A program made the position numbers and the translations under genes. Positions 36,369-36,389 of a DNA stretch of 36,389 nt are shown one piece after another. The notes beneath the pieces were generated by a model. That model had not been told where the DNA came from. It ran no database searches and saw only the letters and a program-made list of their open reading frames with translations. Position 1 is the first letter of the stretch. Each line of letters opens with the position of its first letter. Source of the stretch: an uncultured Candidatus Saccharibacteria bacterium. Lineage in GTDB: Bacteria; Patescibacteriota; Minisyncoccia; GCA-002772825. The stretch spans positions 1-36,389 of the forward strand of contig CAYIGM010000001.1 in NCBI GenBank assembly GCA_964363045.1, read 5' to 3'.

Positions 36369-36389
36369 TTAAAATAAACATCAGGATCC

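Noticed and set aside
36225-36389. In-frame TAA (36369-36371) and drifted sequence ([15 protein letters not shown] where UvrB normally has an ENYSRH..GR.PG.PP-like motif), suggesting a uvrB pseudogene
   Set aside because: Confined to the last ~60 bp of the window, which ends in GGATCC. A low-quality end or clone junction is more likely, and the rest of uvrB is intact.
1-36389. CRISPR array, rRNA, or alternative genetic code 25
   Set aside because: No regularly spaced repeats or rRNA-like sequence; genes translate full-length in code 11, Trp is TGG where checked, and mreC ends in TGA.

Overview
AT-rich, gene-dense bacterial segment that reads as Patescibacteria/CPR (Parcubacteria-like). This is inferred from gene content, reduced proteins and missing SD motifs; TGA is used as a stop. 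It is mostly housekeeping: miaB-miaA, lysS, mrdA, grpE-dnaK-dnaJ, infA-rpmJ-rpsM-rpsK-rpsD-rpoA-rplQ-rplM-rpsI, mreBC, proS, rseP, frr, ychF, pyk, tRNA-Ala(UGC), greA, ddl and uvrC/A/B. Less ordinary elements: (1) a GC-richer outer-membrane-beta-barrel-like gene with its own promoter and terminator, bracketed by two inverted 25-bp palindromic sites (9-bp arms, 7-bp asymmetric core) next to the tRNA; (2) short DNA palindromes sitting in frame inside several housekeeping genes, plus a MITE-like intergenic hairpin; (3) a ~275-nt stand-alone transcription unit with two SD-led micro-ORFs; (4) a degenerate FtsA-like actin-fold gene paired with a baseplate-J-like membrane protein; (5) two surface proteins sharing a C-terminal Cys module; (6) a split between apparently leaderless housekeeping genes and SD-led accessory genes. 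No CRISPR array, rRNA, integrase or transposase was seen.
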